NCBI RefSeq assembly: GCF_963921235.1
Contig: NC_086097.1
Location: 25,050,001 to 25,114,000, forward strand
DNA from: Mobula hypostoma
Taxonomy: Eukaryota
Length of the DNA stretch: 64,000 bases
Reading direction: 5' to 3'
Position 1 is the first letter of the stretch. Each line of letters starts with the position of its first letter. The notes under the pieces were generated by a model, which did not search any database, was not told the origin of the DNA, and saw only the letters and a program-made list of their open reading frames with translations. Both the position numbers and the translations under genes were made by a program. Positions 1-13,544 of this stretch are shown piece after piece.

Positions 1-346
1 ATGGAAGCAACGTTTTCAGTGCTTTCGTGGCTATTTCAGGATATTCAACCTTGACTTTGATCCAGAATGCCAGCAGAGATGTTCTGTCAAACATACTTTT
101 CAGCCCATCTCATTTGCAAGCTCGAGGAGTTGATCTTTTTCCCGCGCTGACATGGATGATTCACTGGGGACATTCACAAATGGGTCACGGACCCAATCCT
201 TTGCACGTCTTGGGTCACTGATGACCTCGCGTGCGTTAAAATTCAACAGTGCATGACAGAGAATGAGGAAAGGTGCAGCTGACTCATATCGTTTCATATG
301 GCCAAATCATATTGTTTCCTCGTGGCCCGGTGGTTGGGGACCACTC
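1..346 (-). mobile_element. hAT (Charlie/Buster-type) non-autonomous DNA transposon fragment with transposase C-terminal remnant; runs off the window start
   Basis: Minus-strand peptide WVRDPF...QLLELANE...LKSMFDRTSLLAFWIKVKVEYPEIATKALKTLLP resembles the Buster/ZBED5-type dimerisation region; ends in a Charlie-like TIR (ggttggggaccact, ~332-345). Confidence 0.8.
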
Positions 347-498
347 TTAGCACGAAGAGAGACCAATCAGGACGCTCGCTCTCCCTCTCCCTCTCAAAAA
401 AATCTATTTCCGGGATATTGTATATAATTTCCGGGCGTCAGGGAGCACTATCGATATGCGGGAGACTCCCGGAACTTCCGGGAGAGGTGGGATGTCTG
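347..498 (-). mobile_element. End of a second hAT-derived element (TIR CAGACATCCCACC), same family as 38949-39426; hosts the Charlie insertion
   Basis: Ends ...ccggaacttccgggagaggtgggatgtctg, the reverse complement of the start of the element at 38949. Confidence 0.75.
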
Positions 499-1007
499 GT
501 TTAAGGCTAATAAGTTGTGGGCATGCTATGTTGGCACTGGAAGCATGGTATCACCTTCGGGCTGCCCCCAGCACATTTTCGGACTTTGGTGTTCGCTGAT
601 TCAAATGACACATTTCACTGTATGTATTCATGGACATGTTGACATAGAACATAGAACAAAGAACAGTAAAGCACAGAATAGGCCTTACAGCCCATGTTGT
701 TATGCTGATATTTTAGCCTACTCTAACACTAACTCTTCCCTTCTACAAAGCCCTCCATTTTTCTATCATCCAAGTGCCTATTGAAGAGATTCTGAAATGC
801 CCCAGATGTATAGAGTCAGACACAGACCACTACAGGCCCTTTGGCCCAACTAGACTGTGCCAAACTATTCATCTCCTTAGTCCCATCAAACTGCACCCAA
901 ACCATCGCCCTCCATACCCCTCCCATCCAAGTATCTATCCAAATTTCTTTTATATTTTGAAATCGACCCCGTGTCCACCATTTACACCAACAGCTCGTTC
1001 AACATTC

Positions 1008-1850
1008 TTTATACTTTATACTTTAATGTCACTAAACAATTGATACTAGAATGTACAATCATCACAGCTCCCTGGATTACAAATCGATAGAAATATTAAA
1101 AATTCAAATTATAAATCATAAATAGAAAATAGAAAAATGGAAAATTAGGTAGTGCAAAAAAACCAAGAGGCAGGTCTGGATATTTGGAGGGTACGGCCCA
1201 AATCCGGGTCAGGATCCGTTCAGCAGTCTTATCACAGTTGGAAAGAAGCTGTTCCCAGATCTGGCCATACGAGTCTTCAAGCTCCTGAACCTTCTCCCGG
1301 AGGGAAGAGGAACGAAAAGTGTGTTGGCTGGGTGGGTCGTGTCCTTGATTATCCCGGCAGCACTGCTCCGACAGCGTGTGGTAAAAGTGAGTCCAAGGAC
1401 AGAAGATTGGTTTGTGTGATGTGCTGCGCCGTGTTCACGATCTTCTGCAGCTTCTTCCGGTCTTGGACAGGACAACTTCCATACCAGGTTGTGATGCACC
1501 CTAGAAGAATGCTTTCTATGGTGCATCTATAAAAGTTAGTGAGGGTTTTAGGGGACAGGCCAAATTTCTTTAGCTTTCTCAGGAAGTAAAGGGGCTGGTG
1601 GGCCTTCTTGGCAGTGGACTTTGCTTGGTTGGACCAAGTCAGGTCATTTATGATATTGACCCCGAGGAACTTAAAGCTTTTGACTTGTTCCACTTGCACA
1701 CTACCGATGTAAATGGGGTCGTGCGGTCCGCTACTCCTTCTGAAGTCAACAACCAATTCCTTCATCTTGCTGACATTGAGGGATAGGTTATTGTCTTCAC
1801 ACCATGCCACCAGGTTCTTAATTTCCTCTCTGTACTCAAACTCATCATTC
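1008..1850 (-). mobile_element. Rex1/Babar-type LINE, 5'-truncated 3' end
   Basis: ORF 1349-1867 YREEIKNLVAWCEDNNLSLNVSKMKELVVDFRR...FKFLGVNI...LYFLRKLKKF, frameshifted continuation LPSGRRFRSLKTR..NSFFPTVIRLLN; (tataaag)n tail. Confidence 0.9.
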
Positions 1851-3340
1851 TCACCACATTGCCTCATGTTCCCCTTAAACTTTTCACCTTCACCCTTAAC
1901 CCATAATCTTTCATTGTAATCTCACCCAGCCTTAGTGGAAAAAGCCTGCATGCATTTACCCTATCTATACCCATCATAATTTTGCATACCTCTATCAAAT
2001 CTCCTCTTATTCTCCTACACTCCAGGGAATAAAGTTCTAACTGATTCAACCTTCCCCCATAAATCAAGTCCTCAAGTACCAACAACATTCTTGTAACTTT
2101 TCTCTGTACTCTTTCAATCTTATTGATATCTTTCCTGTAGGTACGGTGACCAAGGCTGCACACAATATTCCCAATTAGGCCTCACCAAAGTCTTAAAGAA
2201 TATCAACATAACATCCCAAATCCTATAGCCAATACATTGATTTATGAAGGCCAATGTGCCAAAAGCTTTCTTTATGGTCCAATCTACCTGTGGTGCCAGT
2301 TTCAAAGAATTATGGATCTGTATTCGTAGATCCCTCTGTTCTACCACAGTCCTCCATGTCCTACCACTCACTGTGTAAGGCCTACCCAGGCTGGTCCTCC
2401 CAATGTACAACACCTCACATTTATTTGCATTAAATTCCATCTGCCATTGTTCAGCCCATTTTTCCAGCTGCAAGCTTTTATAGTCTTCCTTGCTGCCCAC
2501 TGAGTGGTCCCCCAGTCCTCCAGGTTCGGGGGTTTCAGCTAAGGGTTAAAAACGCAGACTGGTAAAACAAAATTGTTACAAAAACAGCCATGAAGAATTC
2601 TTCTACAAGTGAGTGAGGTGGGATTCCTGAGTCTCCTGTTAGAACTTGCAAGACTGACAGTAGTGAAAACTGAGAGGAAACTACTGAAAGAAGCCCTGAA
2701 TACCACCAGAGTTAAAGGATTGCTGCCCTAAAGGCCAATGAAATAATGGGCAATAAGTAAGTAAGTTACCACATTATCATCCAGATTGCTGATATAGAAG
2801 GCAAACAACAATGGATCCAGCACCAATCCCTGAATCTCATCACAAGTCACAGGCCTCCAATTAGAGAGGCAACAATCTACAACCACTCTCTGGTTTCTCT
2901 GTAAAGCCAATGTTTAATCAAGCTTACTACCTCATCTTGAATGTCAAGCGACTGAATTTTCTTGACCAACCTTCTTTGTCAAAGGTCCTGGTAGAGTCCA
3001 TGTAGACAACATCCACTGCCTTGCTTTCCTGGTAACTTCATCAAAAAACTCTAAGATTGGTTAGCCATGTTGAAAATCCTTAAGTCCCTGTCATCCAAAT
3101 ATTTGTACATCCAAAATACCTTCCAAAATCTTTCCCACTACTCACTGGCTATAATTTCCTGGCTTATTCTTAGAGCCTTTCTTAAAGAATGGAACATTAG
3201 CCGAACCCCAATCTTCCAGCACTTCACCCATTGCTAAGGCTGTTTTCAATATCTCTGCTACGGCCCCACAATTTCTGCTCTAATTTCCCACAAGCTCCAA
3301 GGGATCACATTGTGAGGCCCTGGAGATTTATCCACTCTAA
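1850..3340 (-). mobile_element. Degenerate CR1 LINE ORF2 (RT and 3' region), interrupted by an RTE-like fragment at ~2505-2765
   Basis: Peptides WAEQWQMEFNANKCEVL, KTLVRPNWEYCVQ, QRVVVDCCLSNWRPVT; the 3' UTR continues at ~810-1000. Confidence 0.85.
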
Positions 3341-4570
3341 TAGGACACTCAAAGCTGCTGCACAGGTTGACTCTGTGGTTAAGAAGGCATATGGTGCATT
3401 GGCCTTCATCAATGGTGGGATTGAGTTTAGGAGCCGAGAGGAAATGTTGCAGCTATATAGGACCCTGGTTAGACCCCACTTGGAGTACTGTGCTCAGTTC
3501 TGGTCACCTCACTATAGGAAGAATGTGGAAACCATATGCTGAGATTGGGGTGCAGGGGAGATTTACAAGGATGTTGCCTGGATTGGGGAGCATGCCTTAT
3601 GAAAATAGGATTAAGGGTCGGTGTCACCACAGGAGACCCATGTGTCATTGGGGGAGTCGGAACATCTGCTGTGTGCCTGGGGACCTGGGATCCTTGAGAT
3701 CTTCAGGCACAGAGCTCAAAAAGAGCGATGTAACAGACTTCTAACATTGTAAACCAGCGAGTTGGTTGTTGTCTCTCCCCGCTCGTTGGAAAATGGAGTC
3801 ATCTCTTTCTCCCTTATTAGGAAAGAGAGAGCGCCTGCAGCATGTCGAATTATCGGATAAACAATGTAGTCTTTGGGGTAACTGCAAGTCTGTGTCTTTG
3901 CTATTGCTCTGCTCCCGCTTGAGTGCTGGTAGTGGGTGCACTTTATTTTTGCCGATGGGGGGAGGGGGATTGTTGCTCGCTGCCTCTTATGCACAGGAGG
4001 GAGGGGAGCTAGAGGGAGGACTTTGGGGTTCTAACATTTAACTGTCATTCATTTTTTGGGCCACTCTTCTGTTTTCGTGGATGGTTGCGAAGGAAAAGCA
4101 TTTCAGGATGTATATTGTATACATTTCCCTGACATTAAATTGTACCTTTGAATAGGTTGAGTGAACTCGGCCCTTTTTCCTTGGAGCGACGGAGGATGAA
4201 AGGCGGCCTGATAGAGGTGTACAAGAAGATGAGAGGCATTGATCATGTGGATAGTCAGAGGCTTTTTCCCAGGGCTGAAATGGCTAACATGAGAGGGCAC
4301 AGTTTTAAGGTGCTTGGAAGCAGGTACAGAGGAGATGTCAGGGGTAAGTTTTTTACGCAGAGTGGTGAGTGCGTGGAATGGGCTGTCGGCGACAGTGGTG
4401 GAGGTAGAAACGATAGGGTCTTTTAAGAGACTCCTGGATAGTTTCATGAAGCTTAGAAAAATAGAGAGCTATGGGTAACCCTAGGTAATTTCTAAGGTAA
4501 AGGACATGTTCGGCACAGCTTTGTGGGCTGAAGGGCCTGTATTGTGCTTAGGTTTTCTCTGTTTCTATGC
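3340..4570 (+). mobile_element. CR1 LINE 3' end split by the insertion at 3612-4149
   Basis: LKAAAQVDSVVKKAYGALAFI...LVRPHLEYCAQFWSPH and NRLSELGPFSLERRRMKGGLIEVYK; (tttctatg)-like tail. Confidence 0.9.
3612..4149 (+). mobile_element. 5'-truncated copy of the non-autonomous retroelement at 4886-5720
   Basis: Colinear similarity with 5160-5720 (ggagacccatgtgtca, gagctcaaaaag, ctttggggttct, ctgacattaaat); aatagg duplicated on both flanks. Confidence 0.75.
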
Positions 4571-4589
4571 TTCTAATTTTCCTCAAGAC

Positions 4590-7500
4590 AGCAAACACCT
4601 CCTCCTCTATAATCTATACAGGATCCATGACCCAGCTACGACATTGGCTCACATCTATAGACTCTGGGTCCATCTCCCAAGTATGGAAGCATGTACAATA
4701 CCTTAAGTGGACTGAGGTTCATCGCCATGGCCAGAAACGAGGCAGGAAGGAAAGACTCCAAGCAAGGCTGAAACACAGAGGGATGAGGCCCCCCTCTACC
4801 CAGCATCTTGTTAGCAAATGTGCAGGTCACCAAAGAACACAACAGAGGACCTGAGGGCAAAATTGGCGTATCGGTGGGAAAAGGAGGCGAAGCAAAGTTA
4901 AGATGACACTAAATGGTGACTCCTCTGCTTGCATCTTCAGAAACAGCTCTATTTCCATCTTTAATATCATTATTTTTCCCCTTCAGGGTTATTTTGAAGA
5001 CCCTGATCTGGAGATACATGTTGACTTCGGTTCTTTGCAGGAACGGGACCCGTTCTTGGGGTTTCAGGACTAGCGGTTATTTGGCATGCCAAGGGTTTGG
5101 CCTGAGAGTCCAGTTCGGATTTGGAAGCCTAAGATCTCGGGACTCTGGAGAAGGGCAGATCGAGGGTCAGCGTCACGGCAGGAGACCCGTGTGTCATCAG
5201 GGGGGTTGGAAAATCTACTGCTGTGTGCCCGAGGACCCGGGATCTTTGTGATCTTCAGGCACAGAGCTCGAAAAAAGCAACGTAACGGACTTTTAACATC
5301 ATAAACTAACGAGTTGTTTGTAATGTCTCCCCGCTCGCTGGGAAAATGGAGACACCTCCTTCTCCCTTATTAGGGAGCGAGAGAACCTGTGGTATGTCAA
5401 ATACCGGGTGAAATGCAAATTCTTTGGGGTAGCTGTGTCTTTGCCATTGCTTTGCTCACACCTGAGTGCTCAGTGACAGTACTGATACTTGCTTTTTTTA
5501 TTCCGGTGGAGGAAGGGGGGATTGTTGCTCGCTGTCACTTATGCACGGGTGGGGAGCTGGGGGGACTTTGGGGTTCTCACATTTCACTGTTGTTCATTCT
5601 TTGGGGCACTTCTCTGTTTTCGTGGTTGTTTGCGAAGAAAAAGCATTTCAAGATGTATATTGTATACGTTAATCTGACATTAAATTGGCCATTTGGACCT
5701 TTGGATCTTTGAACCTTTGAAATGAGAGATTGTTGTGTTCTTTGTGTAATTGAGACATGGCTTACTCCCAGTACGCCAGATATGACGATCAGACACAAAG
5801 GCTTCTCGATTCACAGGATGGACCAGACAGCTGATTTGGAAGAGGAAAATGGTGGAGGTGTGTGTTGCATGATGAACTCAGTGGTGCTCCAATGTGGTGA
5901 TCTTGTTCAACTCATGTTCCCCTGACCTTGAACACCCAATGGTTAAATTCCATCCGTTCTACTTACCTAAGGAGTTCTCCTCCATAACCCTGACCGCAGC
6001 TTACATAACACCAGCAGTCAGCTATAATCAGGGCACTGGAGATAGCACATGATGCCGTCTCCAAACAAGAATCAGTCCATCCTGATACATTTCAAATCAT
6101 ATTCGGTAATTCAGCCAGGCTTGTTTGAAGAAAATCCTGCTAGTTACCATCAGCACGTAACCTGCAGCAACAGAGTTCCCAATATTCTAGACCACTGTTA
6201 TGCTAAGATAAGGAATGCCTACTGTTCCACGCCCAGACCATATTTTGGTAAATCTGGTCACTTGGCTGTCCTCCCATCTGCACATAGGCAAAAGCTAAAG
6301 AGCAATGCTCCAGAGATTAGAGCAACCAAGAGGTGGTCATGGGATTGCTTCAAGCTAGTGGACTGGGCCCTGTTCGAGGACTCATTTGTGGATCTGAATA
6401 AATACACCACCCTTGTCATGGACTTTATTAAAACAGTTGCTGACGAGTGTGTTGCCACAAAATCATTCAGAGCCTTCCCCAACCAGAAGCCTTGGATGAG
6501 ATCTGCAATTCGCTGATGGCCAGATCAGAGACATTCAACTCTGGTGACCAAGAAGGCTACAAGAGGTCCAGGTACAATCTCTGGAAAGCCATTTCACGGG
6601 CAAAGTGGCAATTCCAGACTAAACTTGAATCAGTGAAGGATACTCGACAGTTCTGTCAGGGCTTGAACGCTATCATCACTTATAACGTAAAATCAAGCGA
6701 AATAGGCGACAAGAGGGCTTCACTTCCAGATGAGCTCAATGCTCGCTTCGACTATCAAAACGTGGAGGAACCATCAGGAACTCCTGTAGCTCCGATGATT
6801 CTGCGATTTCAGTCTCCAAGGCCAACGTGCAAGCGTCCTTCAGGAGGGTGAACCCACAAAAAGCATTCGGCAAAGACAGGCTACCTGGCCAAGTACTAAA
6901 GATCTGTGCTGATCAACTCACTGGAGTGTTCACTGAGATCTTTAACTTCTTGGTTTGACAGTCTGAGATACAGACCTGCTTCCAGCAGACTTCACTCATA
7001 CCGAAGCTTAAGAAGAGCATGGTCACCTACCTCGATGATTATCATTCAGTAGTTCTTAGATCCATCGTGATTAAGTGTTTTCAGAGGCTGGCGATGAAAC
7101 ATATCAAATCCTGCCTGAGAAGCGACTTTGATCTGTTCCAATCTGTTCTTATTGTCTTTTCACCCGACCCCTGGAATACCCGGACAGTAAAAATGCATAC
7201 ATCAGTAAGCTCTTTATTAATTACAGCTGGACATTCAATACCATCATCTCCTCAAAACTAATGAGTAACCTTGGCCTGAATAACCCCTTGTGCAATTGGA
7301 TCCTCGAGTTCCTCCTCTGTCAGTTCAGATTGGCAACAACATCTCCTCCACAATCTCCATCAGCACAGGTACACCACAAGACTGAGCTTAGCTCCCTCCC
7401 ACCCCAACCCTACCCCACCCCCCGCTTTACTCACTTTACACTTATGACTGTCTGGCTAAGCACGGCTCCAATGCCATATTCATGTTCGCTGATAACACCA

Positions 7501-8447
7501 CTGTCATAGGCCGAATCAAAGCTGGTGATGAATCAGCAGATAGGAGGGAAACTGAAAATGTGGCAACAACCTTTCACTCAATGTCAGCAAGTGCAAGGAG
7601 CTGATTATTGACCTCAGGCAAAGGAAACCAGAGGTTCATGAGCCAGTCCTCACTGGGGAATCAGAGATGGAGAGGGTCAGCAGTGTTATCATTTCCAAGG
7701 ATCTGGACCCACTACATAATTGCAATTACAAAGAAAGCACAGCAGCAGCTCTACTTCCTTATGAGTTTGCGAAAATGACTCCGAAAACTTTGACAAACTC
7801 CTATAGATAGGTGGTGGAGATTATATTGACTGGCTGCATCACAGCCTGGTATGGAAACAGCAAGGCCCTTGAAAGGAAAATCCGGCAAAATGTAATGGGT
7901 ATGGCCCAGTCCTTCACGGATAAAGCCCACTGCAGCATTTAACACATTTACACGAAGCATTATCACAGGAAAGCAGCATCCATCATCAGTGAGCCCCACC
8001 ATCCAGGCCATGCTCTCTTCTCGCTGCTGCCATCAGGAAGAAGGTGCAGGAGCCTCAGGACTCACACCACTGGGTTCAGGAACAGTTATCACTCCTCAAC
8101 CATCAAGCTCTTGAATCAAAAGGCATAACTTCATTCAACGTCACTTGCTCCAGCATTGAAATGTTCCCACAACCTATGGACTCACTTTTAAGGACTCTTC
8201 ATCTCATGTTCTTGATCATTATTGCTTATTTATGTGTTATTATTATTTGTTTATTTTTGTATTGGCACATTGTTGTCTTTTGCACGCTAGTTGAATGCTC
8301 AAGTTGGTGCAGTCTTTCATTGGTTCTATTATGATTATTATTCCGTTATGGATTTATTATGTTCACAAGAAAATTAATCTCAGGGTTGTATATATAGTGA
8401 CCTATATGTAATTTGAGTATAAATTTACTTTGAACTTTGAACTTTGA
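4590..8447 (+). mobile_element. Near full-length, degenerate Rex1/Babar LINE (AP endonuclease + RT)
   Basis: Start motif RGR..RLQARLKHRGMRPP(L)PSILLANVQ; APE RDCCVLCVIETWLTP, LDHCYAKIRNAY, GKSGHLAV; FPNQKPW; decayed RT; (tttgaac)n tail. Confidence 0.88.
4886..5720 (+). mobile_element. Non-autonomous, non-coding ~830-bp retroelement inserted in the Rex1 APE domain
   Basis: Splits a continuous Rex1 reading (..LAYRWE | MRDCCVL); (tttgaacc)-like 3' tail; sibling copy at 3612-4149. Confidence 0.7.
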
Positions 8448-8499
8448 CAAACTCTTTCACATCCAGCCATTTTACAGTATGGGAGTCTCAGTCAATATG

Positions 8500-8900
8500 T
8501 GGAAAGTTAAAATCATCTACTATCACAACCTTGTGGACCAGCCTCTACCACCCCCCCGGCACCCACCACTCTCTATGTAAAGAACATACCTCTGACATCC
8601 GACCTATACTTTTCCCAATCAACTTAAAATTATACCACTATATTAGCCACTTCCACCCTGGGTAAAAGTCTCCAGCTGTCCGCTCTATATCTCTGCCTCT
8701 TATCATCTTGTACACCTCCATCAAGATACCTCTTATCCTCCTTTGCTCCAAAGAGCAAAGCCCTAGCTCACTCAACCTATATGACATAATTCAGACAGCA
8801 GCCTGGTAAATTCCTGGCACCCTCTCTGAAGGTTCCATTCCCTTCCTATAATGAGCTGACCAGAACTAAATACTATATTCCAAGTGTGGTCTAACCATGG
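8500..8900 (-). mobile_element. Old CR1 3' fragment
   Basis: Reverse complement of CR1 motifs (aggttgagtgagctagggct, gaggtgtacaagatgataagagg). Confidence 0.75.
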
Positions 8901-8914
8901 TTTTTGTTTCACTT

Positions 8915-9160
8915 AGAGATAAAGCACAATAACAAGCACTTCCAGCCCAGTGAGCCTGCGTTGCCCAATTACACCCAGATAGCCAATTAACCTACTAATC
9001 CGTTGGTCTTTGGAATACAGAAGAAAGCCAGCCCACCCGGAGGAAACCTATGCAGTCACAGGGAGAAGATACAAACTCCTTACATACAGTGACAGGAATT
9101 GAACCCAGGTCTCTGATTCTGTAATAGCATTTCACTAATTGCTATGCTTCCATGCCATCC
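8915..9160 (-). mobile_element. V-SINE/HE1-like tRNA-derived SINE
   Basis: ggaggaaacctatgcagtcacagggagaagatacaaactcc...aattgaaccc = reverse complement of V-domain plus B box. Confidence 0.75.
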
Positions 9161-9719
9161 TCGAGCTGAGACATTAATTTTTGGCTTTTGAACCCAGTCC
9201 CCATGACTGATGAAGGGTAAAACACCATACACCTTCATAACAATCCTATCAACTTGAAACCTCTCTTTAACTCCCGCTGACCTACAAAAAACAGAGCCAG
9301 CCTCTTCAATCTTCCCTGGTGCGGATTCCCCCAGCCCAGTCTTCACAAGTATTGAAGATTTATTTCGCTGCAGGCTTGGCCGAGATCCCTGTGGTTTTTC
9401 TGGAGTGTTAATTTGCATTTAAATTGCTTGCAGTGGTGCCTTTTGACATTGTCATCTGCTTAGAATGAATCATTAGGTTGGACCCCCATGTCCATGAGCC
9501 TGTTCAACCGCAGGGACCCCAAAACAAACAAATTGGTTCAAATTTTGTGCATATGTTGTTCCAATGAGGGAAGGCATGCTGAGCAACTTGTAAAGGCAAG
9601 GGTTCTCCTGACAAGGGCATCGTTATGGAAACATGCAGCTTTCACAGGAACAAGTGGAACTCAACCCAAACATTGCTGTAAAATGGAACCAAGATTGTGG
9701 AGGTTTACATAGTATAACT

Positions 9720-12400
9720 TCATAAGGAAACTGCATAACTAAAGAAATTCAGCACGCCCTTTCTGGCCCTCAAAAATTTTTATCCATGCACCATAGAAAT
9801 CATCCAGTTACATCACATCTTGGTATGGCAACTGCGCTGTCTGGGATCACAAAAAAAAGACACAGATATAGACACAGATTACTATTCAAAGTGTACAGTA
9901 AAATTATTGTCAAAGTACAAATACATCACCATATACTACCTTGAGATCCATTTTCTTGTGGACATTCACAGTAGGGCAAAGAAGTACCATAGAATCAATG
10001 AAGAGACACGCGCACACAGACTGACAAACAACCAATGTGCAAAAGAAGACAGACTGTACAAATTCAAATAAATAAATAAATTGTAAATAAATAATACTGA
10101 GAACATGTCTTGCAGAGTCCTTGAAGCTGGACTTCTTTAGAATTAAAAGCATAGATTAATAAATAGATAGATTCATAGTACTGTATTCAAAGTGATTTTT
10201 ACGATCAGAGTACATATGTGTCACCACATACAACCTGAGATTCATTTTCCTGCAGGCATACTCAGTTATAGAATTATAACTATCACAGGATCAAGGTAAG
10301 ATCAAGTAGAGTATATGGATAAATAGATAAATACTGAGAACATGAGTTGTAGATATGCTCAAAAATGAGTCATCGGGTTGTGGGATCAGTTTAGAGTTGA
10401 GGTGAATGCAGTTATCCACACTGGTTCAGGAGACTGGTTACTGTAGGGTAATAATTGTTCCTGAGCCTGGCGGTGTGCGACCCGTGGCTCCTGTACTTCC
10501 TTGCCAATGGCAGCAGCACATCGCAGAAGCCAGCCTCTCCTCCATGGGCTCTGACGATGCTTCTCACTGCATCAGTAAAGCAGCCGGCAGAATCAAAGGT
10601 CCCAGCTGCTCTGAACATTCTCCCTTCTCCCCTCTCCCATTCGTCAGAAGATACGAAAGCCTGAAAGCATGTGTCACCAAGTTAAAGGACAGCACCTGTC
10701 TTGCTGTAATAAAACTATTTAATTGTGCAAAAAGGATGAATGTTTAATCTCACAATTTAACTTCTTAGGATTCTTGCACCTTATTGTCTTCCTGCACTGT
10801 ACTTACTCTGTAATTGTAACATGTTATTCTGCATTCTGTCACGGTTTTCCCTTGTAGTATCTCAGTGCATGGATGTGATGAAATGAAATGTATGAATGAC
10901 ATTCAAAATCAAGGTTTTCACTGCACCTCAGTACATGTTACAATAATAAACTAATTTACCATTAAAGAGTATGGGTTATGGTCTGGAGCTCTGGCCCAGT
11001 ATAACTTTAAAACCCAACCCAGCCAAGGCCAACTGATCTGACTGAGCACAATGCATGAACTTAGCCCCGACCACAGGCACTGTCGGCGCGGAGTCAGCAC
11101 ATTCTCACTGTGAGTGCACGGGCTTTCTCTCAGTTCGCCACTTTCCTTCCACATCCCAAGGATATGCAGGTTGGTAGGTTACAAGCTGGCTGGCGACAGG
11201 TGAGGGGCGAGGTGGGTGGGAGGAGAAGGAAAGATGAAGTGAAAGCTGGGAGGTGATAAGTGGAAGAGGTAAAGGGCTGAAAAAGAAGAAATCTATTAGT
11301 AGAGGAGAGTGGACCAACCTCCTAAGCCCTATAACTTCGGCCCTCCAGTCCTGGCATCCGAGTTAACAATGGGTCCTGGGTCGATATATTCCTTTCACAA
11401 GTCATCCAGAGATCATGTCAGATCCTGGAGTGTCATATGATAGAAAAATAAAAGTGGATTTAATTAGGCAACGTGAATTGACAGAAAGATGTAGTTGGAA
11501 TGAAAGGGCTCAGTGATACTCACAAGTGTAGATAGTTAGCATATTTTACTGCAGCCCGGCGGTATTTCAGCTCAGCCACACTCGTCTCCCCTCTAGCTGG
11601 CTTCACCGCAGATCAAATCACAACATATCACTTCAGATCAAAGGCATTCATTGAGGGAATACCTGTGTCCACCTGACAAACCTGTCGAAGTGAGGAGTCT
11701 GCATTTCTGAGATTCACAGGCTGGAAGATGTTTCAAAGGTGTAATGTCAGATTGCAACAATATTAACAAAAAACTCTCTCGTGCTTCCTGCTTCACTACA
11801 AAGAGTGGTGCATACAGCCCAGTCCATCGCAGGCAAAGCTCTCCTCACCATGGAGTACCTCTACAAGGAGCATTGCCCCAAGAAAGCAGCATCAGTCAGC
11901 AAGGCTCGTCACCATCCAGACCAGGCTCTTTGCTCACTGCTGCTTTCGGGAAAGAGGTCCAACACCACCAGGTTTAGGAACAGTTATTACGCTTCAACCA
12001 TCAGCCTCCCGAACTAGCGTGAATAACCTCAACTCTGAATTGATGGCACAACCTGTGGACTCACTTCCGAGGACCCTACAACTCGTGCTCTCAATATTAT
12101 TTATGTACTTTCACACAAAATGCTGGAGGAACTCAGCAGGCCAGGCAGCATCTTTGGGAAAGAGTTGTCGTTTCAGGCTGAGACCCTTCAACAGGGCTGT
12201 TCCTCTATTTTATTTATGTATTTATTTATTTATTTGTTTGTTTGTTTATTATTTGTACAGGTTGTCTTCTTTTGCACTTTGGTTGTCTGTCTTTCTTGTA
12301 TGTAGTTTTACATTGTTTCTATTGTATTTCTTTGTTCTATTGTAAATGCCTGCAAGAAAGTGAATCTCAAGGTAGTATTTAATGACATGTCCGTACTTTG
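9720..12400. mobile_element. Cluster of Rex1-type 3' fragments in both orientations, with SINE and PLE-tail pieces
   Basis: Repeated LLP(S)GRRY/TTRFRNSYY-like peptides and aaatgaatctcaaggtagtatatggtga-type tails. Confidence 0.65.
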
Positions 12401-12927
12401 ATAAGATACTTTTCTTTCTCCCCCTCCTATTCTTTTTTTCCATTCCCCATTCTGGTTCCCCTCTCACTCCTTCTCTTCCCCTCACCTGCCTATCACCTCG
12501 CTCTGGTTCCCCTCCTTCTTCCCTTTCTCCTATGGTCCACTGTCCTGTCCTATCAGATTTCTTCTTCTTCAGCCCTTTATCTCTTCCACCAATCCCCTCC
12601 CATCTTACCTCATCCTGGTGAAAGGTCTCAGCCCAAAACATTGACTGTTTATTCTTCTCCATGGATACTGCCTGAACTGCTGGGTTCCTCCAGCATTTTG
12701 TTTGTGTTACTTCCTACTTCATTCCCCCTCCCCCATCCATGCACCTTCCCCCTCACTTTGTCTCACCTATCACCTGCCAGCTTCTACTACTTCCCCTTCC
12801 CCCACCTTCTTATCCTGGAAGCGTGTCTTGGCGTCAGAGGACTATCTGTGAGAGTGGATGAGTGGAAGGGTGGAACAGGGCTTGTTTTTCTGTTGTTGTT
12901 TTGTTGCTTGTTGTGTTCTGTTTTGTT

Positions 12928-13540
12928 CAAGTTCAAGTTGAAGTTTAATTGTCATTCAACCATACATGAATACCCATGAATACAGCCAAGTGAAACAGCA
13001 TTACTCAGGGACCAAGATGCAAAACACAGAACTAACAGTCATACACAGCACAAAGCACATATAGCACATATAAGATAGCAACCACATATCAACTATCGGT
13101 AAAATAAGGACTCAAAAAAAGAAATTAAGTCCAAGACGCTGAGCCTATGAACGCTGCAGTAATCTGTAATCGAACACAATACAACTTGTCTTCAGCTAAG
13201 CGAACACTGGGGCCAGCACCACCTCCAGCTTAGCCGCTGCCTCCAGTGGAGCACACCGCCTCCAACGCCCCTCTACTGGGTGGCTGTAAACAGGCAACAC
13301 CGCGACTTGAGACCCAGTCCTTGCTATGACTAAGGCCACACAGCTCCCCCATCACCTACCTTCAGCTTGGACGCTGCACCACACCACCTCCAGTGGAGTG
13401 CACTGACTCCAACACCTCTTTCCTGGGTAGCTGTAAACAGGTCACACCACGGCTTGAGGCCTAGTCCTTATTATGACAGAGGGGCATGCAACTCTCCTGG
13501 CATCCGCCAAACTCCTGTGTTTATTATTACTGATGATGAA
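12928..13540 (-). mobile_element. Non-autonomous LINE-derived element (family shared with 34688-35425)
   Basis: Shared ttcaagtt..ttgtcattcaaccat..aaacagcattactc..aacactgggg..ccagtggag motifs; internal ~150-bp duplication. Confidence 0.6.
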
Positions 13541-13544
13541 CTTA

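Noticed and set aside
9280..9720. Coding exon in a unique island (ORF 9080-9418)
   Set aside because: No convincing acceptor, the ORF runs into SINE/CR1 sequence, and no recognisable domain
12398..12979. 193-aa hydrophobic ORF (and similar ORFs at 20390, 27376)
   Set aside because: Translation of pyrimidine-rich PLE UTR and microsatellite sequence
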